A DNA stretch of 40,637 nt, from assembly GCA_032718475.1 (NCBI GenBank), contig JAUCBJ010006278.1:1-40637 (forward strand). The letters are read 5' to 3'. This document shows, one piece after another, positions 26,028-37,412 of this stretch. Positions within the stretch are counted from its first letter, which is position 1. Every line of letters begins with the position of its first letter. The position numbers were made by a program, and so were the translations under genes. Under the pieces are notes generated by a model. It was not told the origin of the DNA. It did not search any database and saw nothing but the letters and a program-made list of their open reading frames with translations. Origin of the DNA: Nemertoderma westbladi (Eukaryota > Animalia > Xenacoelomorpha).

Positions 26028-26430
26028 CGTACCACTTTATTACGTGAATAGTTGATAGTGGCTGCAGAGAAAAGTGTGACACATTGGAGAACTCCATATA
26101 GATCAGCATCCACAGCCATACCATCATGAAAAGAACGCCTATCGTGTAAGGAGATAGCTATCTTGTTTCAGCTTTAACAAATTATAAATAACAAAGTTGG
26201 AGAAGATGCTCACTTTCAAACATTTCGCTCCCTAGCAACAGACTTTGCTTTCAGATATTTCGCCCCCTAGCGGTAGACTGGGTAACTGCAGATTGACATT
26301 TAGGACAATACCTTTCTAACAGGCTATGCTATAATAAGTGGGGTTTCATTGAAATGGGTTAGAACGCATCGCCTGTCACAGACAGAGAATCAGACAAACA
26401 TCCATACAGACATTTCATTTTTTATAGATA
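26028..26430 (-). mobile_element. Possible Helitron-like non-autonomous element
   Basis: CTAG at the left end. The right end ACAGACA..CAGACAAACATCCATACAGACATTTCATTTTTTATAGAT reads A|TC on the minus strand. Internal TTTCGC.CCCTAGC is duplicated. Confidence 0.35.
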
Positions 26431-27377
26431 AAACATATTTGCAACTTAGGTATATCAATACTCATTATCAATATGAACTACTGAACTTGAACTATCATAT
26501 TTAACTGGCCTTTCCTTTCCACCTCAAACCACTATGACATCCCCTTCCTCCTCCTCCAGACCAATACTGAAATACTGAAATCAGCATTTTCACCAAGAGC
26601 TGATGATATCTTTATCCAACAGAAAAACGCATAGTAACAAGGGGAATTACATGAAACATAGCTGTTTCCAGTGGCACTTCTTTTTTTCTATCCTCATCCT
26701 CGGTACATATGCCTGGTGTTTAGAAAGCCGCGATCTACCTGCATGGTGTAATCGTGTACACGTGTGTGTATGTAGTGCCTAAGATAACAAGGATTCTAAA
26801 TAAACATACACCGCATTATGATCATACGTGATGCAGATTACACTAAACATTCGCATAACCGTCATTGTATATTACTTGTTAACGTGTTATTGTTATTCAC
26901 TGGAAACAATGTTACCGGTGATTGCTCAACTGAGTTGTGATATTGTTTATTAGAAATTTCTTTCTCAAATATGCTCTATATGGCTAGAGTGGTTTTGTTT
27001 CAGTTTTTTAAACGCCCACACACTCATACAAGTAGTGATATATGTTGCCTTTTATTGGTCAAGAAAACCTATTGATTTTTGTGAGTGGCAGTTTAAGTTG
27101 TAATGCAATAAAACTAAGTAATATGAAACCTGGTTTACAGAAGATTTATTAATATATTATTGTATTTATTATGTAATCTTCATGTAAAAATCATGCTTTA
27201 TATTTATATTATGGATGTATTACAAGTTTATTATATAATATTTCGATCTCGAATTCCTAGATTAAACCAGTCAAACCTATAGTAACCAATAACATCAACA
27301 TTTCAATCTCTACAGGTAGTATAGGTTATATTGTACTACTACTACTAGGATCGGCATGCTGCATTGCAGCTGCATTT

Positions 27378-29033
27378 TTAAGAATGCTGTGCCGGCTTAT
27401 CGACAAAATTGCACCGCCACAACTCCCTATCACCCATGACATTTGCTAGATCATCCGCATCTTCAAGGCCAGTGTCCTTTAAGATGCGTCTCAAGAAAGT
27501 CATGGGCTGTCCAACATGCTTATTCACTCCATGAGGCTGCCAAAGTACAAGATTATGCACTGGCTGTTCCTCACGGCGAAAGCAATGTCCTGCAAAGCGG
27601 AGGCGATTTTGTTCTAGTGTCAAGCTTGGTAGAACCAATGAGACACCTCCAATGTTATATAGTGTCTGGTTGGAGATGTGCGCATTGCACTTGACACAAT
27701 GAAACCCGGCGTAGCATTCTTGTGAATGTGCCATCCAGAGATTTGGTGTCCTCAGCAGTTAGAGCCCAGCATGGACTCCCATAGAGGAGTACTGGAACTA
27801 CTGCTGCTCTAAATAATCGGACCTTAAGTGTCCGATTAATTCTCGGTGACTTCCAAATCCTGGAAAGCATATTCATGGACCATGCCTTTCCCTTACGTAT
27901 TCGAAGGTCCTCACCTGACTTCCGGATCCATGATCCCAGGTAACAGAAGTCATCCACATGCTCGAGAATACCATCTTTTGAGCTTATGCTCATCCGATCA
28001 GAGACTTGCTGAGGACTTTCAAAGTTAACTGTCAAAATTGTGGTCTTTCTGGAGTTAATAAAAAGACCAACACTAGAAGCAGCATGTTCTAATGAGCTGA
28101 GGAGCCGTTGGGCTCCCTCTAGTGATTCTGAGAGTACTCCTAAGTCATCAGCAAAGTCTAGATCAGTTAGGTACTTGGCAGGATTTCCTCGACTTCTGGA
28201 GCCAGTAGGTGGAGTTATCATCACCCCATCATCATTATGATGATCTAAGGACATGCGTAGAACATAGTCAACAACAATTATGAACAAGAATGGTGCAAGT
28301 GTGTCTCCCTGGAGGACGCCCCATAACACTTCAAATGGTTCTGTGTCACCGTCAACAGTAGACACAAATGTTGTCGAACCATCGTATACTGATCTGATTG
28401 CTGCAATAATTTCATCAGGAATCCCATATAATGAAAGTATGCTGAACATACGTGAGCGAGAGACTGAATCAAAGGCCTTGAAGAAGTCAACAAATATAAC
28501 AGCCAGATGCCTGTCTTTGTGCCAAAATGGGCTCCATGGTCCCACGAGCTTTACGGAACCCATTCTGATTTCCACGGAGCAGTCTCTCAATGGGACCCCT
28601 GATGCGATTTAATAGAATTCTATTGTATAGCTTTGCATCAATCGAGATCAATGAGATTCCCCGAAAAGAACCATAGAGTGTTAGGTTGCCCTTCTTGGGA
28701 ACTGGCACCAACTTATTTGTTTTCATTTCTTGTGGGACTCTTGTTGTTCGGTACATGTCTACTGAGCTTGCATGAGCTTACATGAGCTTTAAACACTCAG
28801 GTATTTTAAAGACATCAGGGGGAACACCATCTACTCCACTGGCACGATTGGTCGTAATGCTCTTTGCAGAAGCCTCCACTTCTGCAAAGGAGATATCACC
28901 AATGGGAATATCTGGGAGTACATACTCAGACACTTTTACTTCTATAACGTTATCAGGCAATACCCTGTCATGATTGAGGAGCTTTTCAGAGTGGGCCTTC
29001 CAACCATTGAGGCGATCGGCTGGTGATTCAGCC
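27378..29033 (-). pseudogene. RT domain of second RTE LINE, frameshifted
   Basis: RASGVDGVP, PVPKKGNL, QNGFRKAR, FVDFFKAFDSV, GVLQGDTLAPFLF, DLDFADD, FCYLGS, LLYGSPCW and RLRFAGHC spread over several frames. Confidence 0.92.
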
Positions 29034-29037
29034 TTAA

Positions 29038-30366
29038 CCCTATTACCACTGGGGTGTTTTGACCATTAGCACCACTGGGGGGGGGGGGGGGGGGGGGGCG
29101 ATTCGGCCCACCCACTATATTTTTGTAATCGTCCAATGAAATCCTACAAAATTTGGGCTGTTGGTGAAACAACTATAGATGAACACTACCAAACCTTAAA
29201 AAGTTAAAATTTCAAAAGCAGGGACTCATAATTTTGATGAAAAATAAAAGTAGTCCCAGGACAAAATTACAAAATTTTTCGTTTTCTAAAAACTAATAGT
29301 GTGGCAGTGTTGGCTAGATTTAGTAGGTTTTTCAAGACGCTGAATCGAATGTGATTATATTCCATTTCCAAAAATTGAAGTGGATGCTATTTTTCGTGCA
29401 CCTAAATAAATAAAAAATTAGGGGCATTTTCGGAATATCTAATTTTTCAAAATTTGAAGTGCCACGCCCGCACTTCAAATTTTGAAAAATTAGATATTCA
29501 GAAAATGCCCCTAATTTTTTATTTCAACGCACCTTTATAGGTTTTCTGGGCCGCTGAATCGATTGAAAGTAATATAGAAGCCTGAAGACTTAGTGGTTCG
29601 CCATTTTTGGTGCACCAAAATTAGGGCGTGGCACTTCAAATTTTGAAAAATACGAGATTCGGAAAATAAACCAAAATTGAAATTGTAACGCATTTATATA
29701 GGTTTTCTAGACCGCTGAATCGATTGAAAGTAATATAGACGCCTGAAGACTTAGAGGTTAGCCATTTTTTGTAAATCAAAACTTTAGTGTTTTTTCCGAA
29801 TAAAGTAATTTTGAAAATTTGAAGTGCCACGCCCTAATTTTGGTGCACCGAAAATGGTGAACCACTAAGTCTTCAGGCTTCTTTCTATATTACTTTCAAT
29901 CGATTCAGGGCTCCAGAAAACCAATAAAAATGCTTCGAAATCTAAACTTTAGTAAATTTTCCGAATTTTCCGAGAAAAAGTAATTTTGAAATTTTAAAGT
30001 GCCACGCCCTAATTTGGGTGCTCCAAAAATCATGTACCACTACACTTACATACTTGTATAGAGCATTAGAGTGAACCAAACCAATAAAAATAAATAAAAA
30101 TAGCCCAAACATAAGTAATTACTAAATCACGAATAACTTTGTAAAATTCGAAAATTTCAAAAAATTTGGTGCTGGAGACCAAATTTTGAGGTGGCACCCA
30201 CATCGAAAAGTAGAAATCCAATTGCAACGTCGTTTTTTGCAAAAGATGCGGCATTAAATTTGGCTAATTCTCAATACAAATTGGGCCGGTACGTAATGTG
30301 GTTGCATAGTTACAGCAACTAAATCTAAGAGTTGATGTCCCCCCCCCCCCTCCAGTGGTAATAGGG
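29038..30366. mobile_element. piggyBac-like non-autonomous element (1329 bp)
   Basis: TTAA at 29034-29037 and 30367-30370; perfect 15-bp TIR CCCTATTACCACTGG; no transposase. Removing it restores the LINE frame ...TKVKAESPADRLNGWKAH... Confidence 0.92.
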
Positions 30367-30370
30367 TTAA

Positions 30371-31641
30371 CCTTGGTGGTTGGTTGGTTGGTTGGTTGGC
30401 TTTTTCGACCAGCAAGCAAGGATGATTGGATGGGATGATTGCCTGCTGTCGTCAGCATCATTGATGGCATCAACCTGTTGGTTTATTAGCTCCTGTAAAT
30501 TAACAGAGTACTGCCTGTTCAGGGACCTAGATGCAGCCTTAACTGCATTCTTGGCCGCTGTAGTCTGTTTGAGTTGGGATTCTTTCTGCGCCTTGTAGAG
30601 GTCATTTCGGCACTTCTGAATTTTGTTGTCAGTCCAGGGGGCCCGTTTCCTGTTTCGAGGGTATACAGGAACTGTTTCTGCAGCTGCTAACTTAACTGCC
30701 TCTGTGAAGGCAGTATAGCCCTCACAGTGATCTGCCGCCTCAGAGGCAAGAACCTCATACCTGTTGCTCAGCTGTAGTTTGAAGCTGGATCTCACATTGC
30801 AACAGAGAGGACCAGTCATGCCGCGGCAAGGCAGATTTCGTTGTTCTGCTAGCACGCAGACTAAGTCTTACCTTGGCTACAATAAGGCGGTGATCACTGG
30901 AGAAGGGTCGTAGTGTAAATGCATTACAGTCTTGTATAGAGCTCCTATATTTCCTACGAAACAGGATATGGTCTATCTGGGACATGTGTGACCACTTGGT
31001 CCACTATGAGTCCATAGCTTTCCAGTTCGCTTCTTGAACTGGGTTCCAGCCGAAAACAATCCATTTCCAGAGATAAAATCCTGAAGATGGACGGAATTTC
31101 GGTTAACACTATTGCTATAGACCCAGGGCGATGTAGGTGATTGATGCAGACTTGCATTAAAGTCTCCCAGGAATGTTAAGAATGCATGCTGATCCACTCC
31201 ATCAGTAGCTGCTTGTAGATTCTGGTAGAAATTTTCCACCTCCTCTACAGGGGCAACACTAGTTGGAGAGTTGCACACAATCAGAAACACATTAGGAAAC
31301 TTCTTAGCCAGTTTTCTAGAACATGAGAAGTGGCAATGGATGATGCTGTTAGAGATTTGGTCTATTTTGTCCAATGCTGCATGTGCAGTTAGATTCATCA
31401 ATAGAACAATTCAACCATTGCCACTATCATCTGCTGAAGCGAGGGCGAGTCGCCAACCGCTCCCCATGTCCTTAATCAGAACCTCAACAGTCTGTCCAGT
31501 CTGCATTCGGTGCTCTTGAACACCCACTGCACTAAGAGAAAGCTTATCTGCCAAGGCAGCCAGCTCACCTTGTCGCATTGGGGACCCGAGTGTTAGGGTG
31601 TTAATTGAGGCTAGTCTATTGACTTGCCTCAGATTCACCAA
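30371..31641 (-). pseudogene. APE endonuclease and linker of second RTE LINE, frameshifted
   Basis: ASINTLTL, GVQEHR, NSPT, LGDFNA, NRNS, LWTH, QIDHILF and SSDHRL occur in order. A (CCAA)n expansion lies at ~30377-30399. Confidence 0.9.
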
Positions 31642-32372
31642 TGGCTTGGTTGGTCGGGGTGGAACATGAGAGTAGCCTCCAACTCCAGAATCCCTCTCCC
31701 CCTCACAATCTGGCCTCCCTGGTGACCCAGGGCATCAGGAAAGGGACTCACATAATTGTTGGCCGCTCTCTCTCCAGTAGTGGGTGAGACATAGGCAGCC
31801 GGTCAGGAGATAACTGACGCCTGTGAGGCCAATTGTATCCGGTAATTCCACTGGCCTCTAGTGGCCGGACCTCCGCATTACTAATATAATCCATACGAGT
31901 CAGCTCACGGGGCAAATACCATACCCTGGTTTGCCATTCCACAGGGTGGGTGTCACAGTGGAGTCAGATATGAGGCCCATCACCCATATCTATTCTGGCG
32001 CACATGACCCACCATTGTCTGTGCAGCTCATCTGCTGGGTCATGCCCTGTACCCCTGCTGCCAGGTGCAGGTCGCAGTGAAGTGCACTCAGAGTGGACAT
32101 GAGAACACTCTACTCCTGACCAGCCATTGGTAGATCACCATCTGCATGGCCAGGCCATATACCCCTGCAGCCAAGTATATGGGTCTTTAATCCACGACCA
32201 AGGGCGTCCTTAACCCAGAACGAAGGGGGTCCTAGTTACAGGACCAGATTTGCCCTAGTAAGAGGGTCTGTGCAGCTACAGGTGGCACCTCCTTTATGCT
32301 GCATGGAGGTGGCAAGTTTTCTTGATCAATGACCTAGAATACCTGACCTGACAATTATATTAATTATATTGT

Positions 32373-32410
32373 ACTAGGTGTTTCTCTTGAAGGCGATATC
32401 GCAATATCGC
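32373..32410 (-). mobile_element. Helitron-like 3' terminus next to the LINE target site
   Basis: Minus strand hairpin GCGATAT-TGCG-ATATCGC lies ~15 nt before CTAG|T. Confidence 0.4.
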
Positions 32411-32818
32411 GGTTTCGATTTGTTTTTACGATTAAGTAACGATTCATTGGGTCATGAATAAGGAATTTATGGAGTGTTTTAGTGAAAAAAATTGCGACAA
32501 ATTATGACAAAAAGGCCAAAGATTTTTGCGGGTAACCATAGGTATATGACTCATGGTTACTCACATGAGATGAGTTGAGATGACAAGAATCCCAGGTCCC
32601 AAAAATGTAAGCAATTGCTCAGTGTAAGGAAATGTAATAATTTCCACTGATATTAGTGGAGATTTTAAATTGGGATTGCTGTATTAATTTTAGGTGTAAT
32701 TTAGGTACTGTCCTGTAACCCCCCATTCCTGTTACCCCCTCCCCCTCCCCCCCCTCCCCACCCCCCCCCGTCTCAGATAGTGATTCCTGTTACCCCCCCC
32801 CCCCCCATTCCTGTTACC

Positions 32819-33360
32819 TGTTAGCGAATCAATTCCGCCTCACCAAACCCCATAAAGTGAGCCATAAAGCAATATTGGGAGCACGAGGTTGATTACCAAT
32901 ATCAACCTCGTGTCACCCCAATAAAGTGGGAAGGGAAGGAGAAACACACAATGGAGGTCAGGGGCCAAACCCCTAACCCAAAGAGAACAGGTGGAGTGAA
33001 CGGGAACACTCCAAAGGGCGCCAACAGGGGTATCAACCAATCAGAGGGGGGAAAGGCATCGATTAGGTACAGCAATAAGGCCACCGTGCAATATAACCAG
33101 TTACCAGTAATCATACCAGTCAGTTATCCCAGTATCATATTGGTGCTAGTTAGGTTAGATAGTTTAGCTAGGGAAGGACCGGGACTTTAGTTACCGTATC
33201 CCGCCTTCCGTGTACAACAACCTATATCCATATCTATATCTATATCTTTATGCCGATTATTATATACAACGAACGATACGAACTCATTTACTCTTCACAC
33301 ACGGCGGGGACGCGTGAACTAACACCGGATAAACCGGGATCCTTCCTGGATCCCGTCACA
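32819..33360 (+). repeat. 5' LTR (542 bp)
   Basis: TGTTAGCG...CGTCACA. By eye it differs from the 3' LTR by one substitution and one G-run indel. Confidence 0.97.
33037..33125 (+). promoter_or_regulatory. Putative LTR Pol II promoter (CCAAT, TATA, Inr)
   Basis: CCAAT at 33037, TATAA at 33092 and TCAGTT initiator at 33120-33125, ~30 bp downstream of the TATA. Confidence 0.55.
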
Positions 33361-33408
33361 GTAACTAAAACCAACTGCTGCCCTAGCTAGTAACTAAACC
33401 CTTCGGTA

Positions 33409-36400
33409 GTGATTAAACTCAGAGCTGCCGTCCTAGCTAGCGACTACCAGCCACCAAAGACGAAGATGAGTCGAGAGAGAAGAACGACACCGCCGCGGAC
33501 CCCGGACGACGATCTAACGATCCGCGAGGCCACGGCGAGACGATACGGACCCACGACGCCGGTCGATGCTACGCCGACCACGTCGACGCACGTTGACGCC
33601 ACGTCGATAACGAGCGACCCGGCGAACCAAGATGTGGGGGGTCGTCTACAGCGAGAGAGCGAGTCGAGTAAAGGAGAGAGCGAGACGAGGGAGGAGAGAG
33701 ACGAGTCGACACACGACGGCAGTCGATATGCCGATGTCGCCGGCCAGCCACAGGCCGAGGGCGACGGACGGCCCACCGGAACGGCAACGGTGGGGCCGAC
33801 GGTACGACGCCGAACCCGGAGGGAGAGAGGAGATGTCGACGACGAGGACGTCGGGGTCGTCCGGCTCCGACGAGCCTACGCCGCGACCCGGGAACAACTG
33901 AAAGAAGCTAGAGGAGGGGCTGAGATAGACCAGGTGAAGTTGAGGAGACGACTAGGTGAGTCGAACAGATACTTTGATTACCTAGTGCGTTCTGGCCAGG
34001 GAGAACTAGCCAGCGAGAGAGCGAGAGGGGTTGCCATCGAACTGTTTGGGCTATGGGAACGTAGGGGTATGGGGCCTGGTGTAGTGTACATAGGGCCATA
34101 CTTAGTCGATGCCAGGGAAGTTAAGTTAGTGGGTTGGGCGGGACCGCACGAGGGCGAATCCGAGGTTAGCTCCGAGGATTCGGTCTCGTCGGTCAGCGAG
34201 AACCCCGGAAAGCGGGGGAAAGTTAGTAGGACGGAGGGGCGGCGGAAGTCCGTCGCAACCGATAAGTCTGCTACATCCTCCGCAAAAGAAAGACGGGTGC
34301 GAGAGAGTGAACGCATGGCATATAAATTAAAAATGGAAGAATTAGAGTGGCGACTGAGGGGAAGGAAAGAGCAAGAGAGTGAACGCGAAGAGCGTGAGGC
34401 AAGAGAACAGAGCGTGCGGTACACGTACAGTACGTACAGTAACCGTACGGGCGGGGGGGGGGGGGTAGTAGTAGTGCGTTAGGAAATATTGGTATTAATA
34501 GTACCGTAGTAAATAACCCTAATCCCTTTATTACAGGAAATATTTTACCCGGTAGTAGTAATTTAAGTTTAAATTCAAATAATAATATTAATTCAAATAT
34601 TCAGAATAATCAAAATAATTCAACTAATTCGAATAGCAATTTAAATTTTGAAAATAATAATAATTCTAACTTAAATAATTTAAATAATCCCGTTTCAAAT
34701 TCTAATAATTTTATTGATTTAACAAATAATATTGGGAATGGTGCTATTAATGTGAACGCATCAGACGTGTATAGCCCGGCAGACGGCGGCCTGGTAGGCC
34801 ACGTAGTTAGTAGGCAGGAAGTGGCGCGGTTGAGCCAACCCGAGGTGGGCCTGGTAGGCCACGCAGTAGTAGGGAGAGAGGCGGGGGTGAATGGACCCAG
34901 GCCGTAGTAGAGACAGTGTGTCGACTAGAGAGGGGTGTAGAGACGAAGTAAGAGATATTGAAGTTAGATGTGGCGGGTGGGGGGGGGGGGCTACGGGCGC
35001 CCCACCACATGAGATTAGCGGCGAGAGAGGGGGGGCAGAGAATGCCCCACAAGAGGGGTGTAGAAGTGTAGTAAGAGGTAGTGAAGTTAGAAGTGGCGGG
35101 TGGGGGGGGGGGGGGCTACGGGCGCCCCACCACAGAAGATTAGTGGCGAGAGAAAGGGGGTAGAGAGTGTCCGACAAGAGGGACGCAGAAGTGTAGTAAG
35201 AGATAGTGAAGTTAGAAGTAGCGGGTGGGGGGGGGGGGCTACGGGCACCCCACCGCGAGGGATTAGTAGCGAGAGAGGGGGGGCAGGGAGTGTCCCACAG
35301 GCGTCGGCGGATAATGCGCGGGCCGAATTAGGTAAACCGCAACACCCGGCGACGGAGAGTAATAGGGGGATTGCGAGTATCCCCAGCGGCGTGCGATCGA
35401 GCAGAGAGAGACAGGTTGACGTCGCGAGAGGGCGGGCGACGGAACGTCGAGCCCAGTCAGAAGAGAGAAGATTAGTAGAGTTTAATAGAGAGGTCAAAGA
35501 TAGGAGAAGATTAGTAGAGTATAATAGAGAGGTCGAAGATAGAAGAAGATTAGCAGAGTTTAACCGAGAGGTCGAAGAGAGAAGAAAGGAAGATAATAGA
35601 AGAGTCGTTGCTAGGAGCAACCGGAGAGCGAGGACGGATAGCGAGCCGTCGTAGTAGAGATGGAGTACGGGAGTCAGTGGGGTCGAACTTCGGGAGATTG
35701 CCGTCGCCCCGGAGAAACGCACCGCACGCCAGGAGAGGGGTACAGGATGTACCGATACGAAGAAGAGAACAGGAGTAGGGGATCGAAGAGAAACTTCCCG
35801 ACGTGATATAGCTGCCGATCGAGAGTACGGTAGTCGCGGGGAGATTCGAGATTCGCGAAGAATAAACTTCGATTCGGAAGGGCACATGCAGACTGCAGGA
35901 CATACTGTAGGCCTTACTGCACATACTATTATAGGCCATGCTGGGAGAGATAGAGTAGGCGATAGGGTAGCGCGGACGACGGGATTAAACCCGGAAGTCG
36001 CGGAGTACATACCGGTAGGTAGGCAAGAAGTGAATAGGCCTATATCGGTACCGGTACAGCAGCATGACTATAATTTCCAGGGACACAACATATATCCAGG
36101 GGAGGGGGGAATTATTGCAGATAGATGTATGGGCCCCAATATATTAACATCAACCCCAGTACCAAACATACCGGTGGGAGGGGGACAGGGTGACATTCCC
36201 CCATCACAATATCAACAATATACCCCAATAGGAGCAAGAACATCGAACCCCTTGGACGAGAGCAGGTCATGCGACACGGAAATATGGAGGGGGCCGTTAC
36301 CCCCAATGATATATCCGACGCAACAAATTAAATCAACAACAGATAGGACGGACAGACCGCACCCAATAGGGGAGTCTATACAACATCCATCGAACCCATT

Positions 36401-36797
36401 AGAAGCGCAAGCGATGGGAATGGCCACATTGATCGATGCGTTAAAAACTAGGATCGAGTTACCACCTGTGGAACCATTTAAATTCGATGGGAGTAGGCCG
36501 GAAGAATATCTACAGTTTCGGCGCATGTATAGTAACGAAATACTAACTAAGAACTTGACGCAGGCGGAGTGCCTAAAATATCTGCAAGTATATACAGGAG
36601 GCCCAGCATACGACATCGTGAGGCAATACCAGGGCATCGAGGGCGGCTTCACGACAGCATGGCGGGCGCTAGATAGGGAATACGTTAGTAGAGTTAGAGT
36701 GTTAGAGGTAGTAGAGAGGGCACATAGGGTGCCAGAGAGTAGAGTAGTAGAGAGGGCACATAGGGTGCCAGGTAGTAGAGTAGTAGAGGGTAGATAG
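33409..36797 (+). pseudogene. gag: Long gag-like ORF in pieces; C-terminal BEL/Pao Gag (DUF1759-like) domain, truncated
   Basis: RIELPPVEPFKFDGSRPEEYLQF...LTQAECLKYLQVYTGGPAYDIV...AWRALDREY matches the BEL/Pao Gag pattern. Upstream pieces can be joined across G-run shifts and TAGTAG at 35652-35657. No CCHC knuckles. Confidence 0.75.
34925..35300 (+). repeat. 123-bp (41-aa) tandem repeat x3 in gag; a 36-bp (12-aa) repeat x3 follows at ~35465-35580
   Basis: GAAGTTAGA anchors at 34960, 35083 and 35208; RRLVE(F/Y)NREV(K/E)D peptide repeats. Confidence 0.85.
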
Positions 36798-37403
36798 TAG
36801 AGTGGTTGTGGGCACCACAAGCGCCACGTAGATAGAGGGTTTTAGTTAGAGTTAGTAGTAGAGTGGTTGTGGGCACCGCAAGCGCCACGTAGATGGAGGT
36901 AGTAGCAGAGGGTTGTGGGCACCCTAAGCGCCACGTAGTAGAAGAGTTAGAGTTAAAGTTAGTAGGCTTAGAGAGATAGTTAGAGTTAGTAAGAGAGTTA
37001 GATAGTTAGCAAGTGAATAGTAGGTAGATAGTATGATAGCACAGGGGTAGCATTAGAGGTCAGGGCCTTAAAGAGTGGCAGGGAGTAGAGAGGAGATAGT
37101 GAAAGGAACTGTTGGCGAGAGAGAAGAGTGCGATTCAGGTGTGGGGAGAGGGTAAGAGCGAGTTGAGTCAGAGAGCGGAGTTAGAGTGGTGAGAGTGTTG
37201 GGGAAACAAAAATTGTGTGAGAGAAGCGCACGATCAGCCCGACACGAGACGCCAGAGGGTAGTGAGATCATACCCATAGGGAGCGGCCTGGAAAGCCGAC
37301 TCCAAGAAAATAACTCCACCCCACACCCGATAATAGATCGAGTTCCAGCGGAATTGAAGCGCACTTAGTGGTTGATGCTATCTTCTCACCGGGAAGATAG
37401 CAT

Positions 37404-37412
37404 GGGGGGGAG
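37404..37412 (+). other. Polypurine tract
   Basis: GGGGGGGAG immediately before the TG of the 3' LTR fixes the element orientation as +. Confidence 0.85.

Larger units (their letters stand above)
27339..32363 (-). mobile_element. RTE-clade LINE, apparently full length, decayed, 13-bp TSD
   Basis: TSD TTATATTGTACTA at 27326-27338 and 32364-32376; (TAG)n tail; single APE-RT ORF in fragments; ~720-nt 5' UTR; no ORF1. Confidence 0.93.

Noticed and set aside
31642-32363. HDV-like ribozyme in the RTE 5' UTR
   Set aside because: No P3/L3/P1.1 arrangement could be fitted by eye. A descriptor search is needed, so it is not called.
35087-36820. Long antisense ORFs (307 aa and 202 aa) in the LTR element
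   Set aside because: Shadows of the purine-rich repetitive gag strand, with no recognisable motifs.
37050-37370. Integrase C-terminal (DUF5641-like) or env remnant before the PPT
   Set aside because: Only a faint GVRVVRV resemblance, with an in-frame stop and no other motifs.
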